Below are positions 60,539 to 64,000 of a stretch of 64,000 nt of DNA, in pieces; within the stretch, counting starts at the first letter, position 1; the number at the start of each line of letters is the position of its first letter. Under the pieces are notes generated by a model, which saw only the letters and a list, made by a program, of their open reading frames with translations, was not told where the DNA came from and ran no database searches. This DNA comes from Vicinamibacterales bacterium (GTDB taxonomy: Bacteria; Acidobacteriota; Vicinamibacteria; Vicinamibacterales; Vicinamibacteraceae), in the NCBI GenBank assembly GCA_963721565.1, contig CAVRKP010000007.1:155608-219607 (forward strand), read 5' to 3'. The position numbers and the translations under genes are program-made.

Positions 60539-61542
60539 CTAGTTCGTTTCCGCGAAGATCGCCTCGAGGGACGCGCGCTCGCGCGAGCAGGCGAGCGCGA
60601 CCATCAGCTTCATCCGCGCCTTGAGGCCGTTCAGGCGCCCGGCGAAGATCACGCCGAGCTGCGCCAGATCGTGGCCGCCGCCGTCGTAGCCGTAGCGCTC
60701 CTGGACGCTGCCGGCGCCGTAGCGCGAGGCCAGCACCACCGGGACACCGGCGGCGGCGGCCGCCTCGATCCCCGGCTTCATGGCCGGCGGCAGGTTGCCG
60801 CGCCCCATCGCCTCGATCACGAGGCCGGTCGCGCCGGCGGCGAGGCTGCAGCGCAGGAAGCGATCGTCGGTCGCCGGCCGCCGACTTGATCAGGTCGACG
60901 CTGGTTTCGAGACGGGCGACGCGCAGGCCCGTGTCGGCGCCGGCGCCCGTCCAGCTGCCATGGCGCGCGGCGCGGCGCACGTAGAGCACCTTGCCGGCGT
61001 CGAGGACGCCGACCGGGCCGAACTCCGGCGAGGCGAACGAGCCGGCCGATTCGGTGTGGATCTTCTGCGCCTCCGAGGCGGTGAGGATCTGCTCGTTCAT
61101 CGCCACGAGCACACCGCGGTCCTGGCGACTCGGGCGCTGCCGCGACGCGCACCGCGGCCAGCAGGTTGGCCGGTCCGTCCCAGCCGGCCTCCGAGATGGT
61201 GCGGATGGCGCCGACGATGACCACCGGCTTGGGGGAGAGCAGGAGCAGGTCGAGGAGGTAGGCCGTCTCCTCGAGCGTGTCGGTGCCGTGGGTGACGACC
61301 AGGCCCTGGACGTCCGGCCGTTCCAGCCACGCCGCGGCGCGGCGGGCGAGCCGCCACATGTGCTCCGGGGTGACGTGTGGACCGGGCAGGCGCGACACGT
61401 CCTCGCACTCGACCTCGGCGATCGCGGCGAGGCCCGGGACGTGCTCGAGGATGTCCTGACCGGAGAGCGCGGGCACGGCCGCGCCGGTGGCCGGATCGAG
61501 CCGCATCGAGATGGTGCCGCCGGTGAAGAGGATGGGGACCAC
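60539..61542 (-). CDS. ansA: L-asparaginase (type I-like), frameshifted (two +1 breaks: ~61110, ~60860)
   Basis: MVPILFTGGTISM (catalytic TGGTI motif)...GLVVTHGTDTLEETAYLLDLLL...PVVIVGAIR, then VLVAMNEQILTASEAQKIHT...GPVGVLDAGKVLY, then GLVIEAMGRGNLPPAM...GVPVVLASR. Confidence 0.85.
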
Positions 61543-61604
61543 GAGATCTCCGGCGTGCGGGCGGGGGCGGGCGCCGCGGGGAACGCAGCGCCGCCGGCGG
61601 ACGA

Positions 61605-62174
61605 CTAGCGGTTGAGGAGCTCGCCGTCCTTCTTCTTCTGCATGTCGTCGACGGTGGCCACGTGGGCGTCGGTGGCCTTCTGGACGTCCTCGAGCGCGCG
61701 CCGCTCGTCGTCTTCCGAGATGCTGTGATCCTTGAGCAGCTTCTTCAGCCGATCGTTGGCGTCGCGGCGGACCTGGCGGAGGCCGTTGCGGCCCTCTTCG
61801 GCGAACTTGTGCACCAGCTTCGACATCTCCTTGCGCCGCTCCTCGGTGAGGGCGGGCAGCGGAATGCGAATCACCTTGCCGTCGTTGGCGGGGTTGAGGC
61901 CGAGGTTCGAGGCCCGCACCGCCTTCTCGATCGCGCCCATCAGGGTCGGATCGAAGGGCTGCGCGACGATCAGCGTGGCCTCGGGCACCGACAGCGCCGC
62001 CACCTGGTTGAGCGGCACCATCGACCCGTAGGCCTCGACCTGCACCGGGTCGAGCAGCGTCACCGACGCGCGGCCGGTGCGCACGCCCCCGAGCTCGCGC
62101 TTGAGGTGCTCCAGGACGGCGTCCATGCGCTTCTTGACTTCGACGTGCAGGGCTTTGATGTCGGTGACGTCCAT
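61605..62174 (-). CDS. frr: ribosome recycling factor; intact
   Basis: 189 aa, RTGRASVTLLDPVQVEAYGSMVPLNQVAALSVPEATLIVAQPFDP...IRIPLPALTEERRKEMSKLV...RRDANDRLKKLLKD. Confidence 0.97.
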   Translation of the reverse strand: MDVTDIKALHVEVKKRMDAVLEHLKRELGGVRTGRASVTLLDPVQVEAYGSMVPLNQVAALSVPEATLIVAQPFDPTLMGAIEKAVRASNLGLNPANDGKVIRIPLPALTEERRKEMSKLVHKFAEEGRNGLRQVRRDANDRLKKLLKDHSISEDDERRALEDVQKATDAHVATVDDMQKKKDGELLNR

Positions 62175-62202
62175 GTGCGGCCGTGGCTCCCTCGGCGAAC
62201 GA

Positions 62203-63009
<807 letters not shown>

Positions 63010-63921
63010 TTACGCCGACTCGCCGACCTTGAACCGGACGAAGCGGCTCACGGTGAGCGGGCCGCCGATCGTCTTGGCGGCCTCGGCGATGACCTGCGCC
63101 ACCGTCGTCTTCGGGTCGCGGATGCTCGGCTGGTCGGGGAGCACCGCCACGCCGTAGTAGCTGCCCAGCTTGCCGTCGACGATCTTCTCGATCACGTTGG
63201 CCGGCTTGCCGCTGTTCTCCATCTGCGCACGGTAGATGTTCTTCTCCTGCTCGATGATCGACGCCGGCACTTCCTCGCGCGTGGCGTAGGACGGGCTCGC
63301 CGCGGCGATCTGCATCGCGACCTCGCGGACCAGCTTCTGCACGGCCTCGCCGCCGCGGGCGTCGGCCGGCACGCCCTGCAGCTCGACGAGCACGCCGATC
63401 TTGCCGCCGACGGCCTCGCCGCCCTCGGCGCCGGCCGGCGCGTGCAGGTAGCTGCCGACCAGGCCCGTCGCTCGGTGAAGCGCGCCGCGCGCGAGATCGC
63501 CATGTTCTCGCCGGTGGTGGCGATCTTCTCGGCCACCTTCTGGCCGACGGAGCCGTCGGCCGCGGCCAGCGCCTGCGGGTCCTCGGTCGAGGGGGCGGCG
63601 AGCAGGTCGGCGGTGACCGCCTGGACGAGGGCCTGGAACGCCGGCGTCCGCGCCACGAAGTCGGTCTCGCAGTTCACCTCGGCGACCACGGCGTCGGTCG
63701 CGTCGGCGTTGAGGCGGACGGCCGACGAGGCCTTCCTTCATCGTCCGGCCGGCCTTCTTCGCCACCTGCGCCATGCCCTTCTTGCGCAGGATGGTGATGG
63801 CCTCTTCCATGTCGCCGTTCGCCTCGGTCAGCGCCGTCTTGCAGTCCATCATGCCGGCGCCGGTGCGCTCGCGCAGGGCCTTGACGTCAGTTGCGGTAAT
63901 CGTCGCCATCGATGTCTCCAC
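63010..63921 (-). CDS. tsf: elongation factor Ts, frameshifted (breaks near 63720 and 63460; start 63921 or ATG 63909)
   Basis: [57 protein letters not shown], then [20 protein letters not shown], then GSYLHAPAG...GKIGVLVEL...[50 protein letters not shown]. Confidence 0.92.
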   Translation of the reverse strand: METSMATITATDVKALRERTGAGMMDCKTALTEANGDMEEAITILRKKGMAQVAKKAGRTMKEGLVGRPPQRRRDRRRGRRGELRDRLRGADAGVPGPRPGGHRRPARRPLDRGPAGAGRGRRLRRPEGGREDRHHRREHGDLARGALHRATGLVGSYLHAPAGAEGGEAVGGKIGVLVELQGVPADARGGEAVQKLVREVAMQIAAASPSYATREEVPASIIEQEKNIYRAQMENSGKPANVIEKIVDGKLGSYYGVAVLPDQPSIRDPKTTVAQVIAEAAKTIGGPLTVSRFVRFKVGESA

Positions 63922-63959
63922 GAAATCGAACCGTCACTCGAGTGGGGTGTACAAGGAAA

Positions 63960-63986
63960 CGCCGGCCGCATCCTGCCTGGCCGGCG
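63960..63986 (-). terminator. hairpin followed by TTT upstream of tsf (probably the terminator/attenuator after an off-window rpsB)
   Basis: On the minus strand, CGCCGGCC-aggcaggatgc-GGCCGGCG followed by TTTCC, about 40 nt upstream of the tsf start. The rpsB gene itself is not in the window, so this is a guess from the conserved rpsB-tsf order. Confidence 0.3.
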
Positions 63987-64000
63987 TCGCCCGACTCCCG

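Overview
This is a 64-kb chromosomal segment of roughly 70% G+C (judged by eye). GroEL, the ribosomal proteins and the gene order look Acidobacteriota-like, but that is inference only because no search was possible. I reconstruct about 65 protein genes, one tRNA-Ala(CGC) and a handful of regulatory and repeat elements. The content is overwhelmingly core housekeeping: the gatB end, ftsEX, a MOFRL glycerate kinase, an ECF sigma module, RNase R, tatA, two TonB paralogues, CIRCE-controlled groES-groEL, purC, nrdR and DUF4390-NtrY-NtrX. It continues with glutamate formimidoyltransferase, pgpA-cinA-plsY-gpsA, ftsY, ribD-ribE-ribBA, ffh-rpsP-KH-rimM-trmD-rplS-rnhB, thiE and two PolX-family genes. The right end holds a peptidoglycan recycling/synthesis row (nagZ-ldcA-mpl-murB-murA), a LolA-like gene coupled to a secretin, pfkA, asparaginase and frr-pyrH-tsf. 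I see no transposase, integrase, phage, CRISPR, restriction-modification, toxin-antitoxin or other recognisable defence genes, so I do not think this window hides a mobile or defence island. The dominant peculiarity is at least ~70 reading-frame breaks, nearly all +1. About 40 genes therefore appear in the ORF track as chains of overlapping ORFs. The gene coordinates below span the reconstructed genes and are flagged as frameshifted. Many long ORFs in the track (e.g. 22335-25748 minus) are antisense shadows typical of high-GC DNA. The most interesting biology is as follows. (1) An intact Tes/GDGT-MAS-like radical SAM gene with uncharacterised small membrane-protein neighbours. (2) An orphan LolA-like/TPR-secretin pair. 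(3) A second PolX paralogue lacking the polymerase catalytic aspartates. (4) A small Cys/His-rich ORF in a lower-GC pocket behind a near-consensus promoter. (5) Several unusual intergenic repeats: a 14-bp x4 array with TGA in all three frames, GTTGGGN heptad arrays, and ~69-bp direct repeats next to tRNA-Ala. All functional names come from motifs I recognise by eye; none is verified by a database search.
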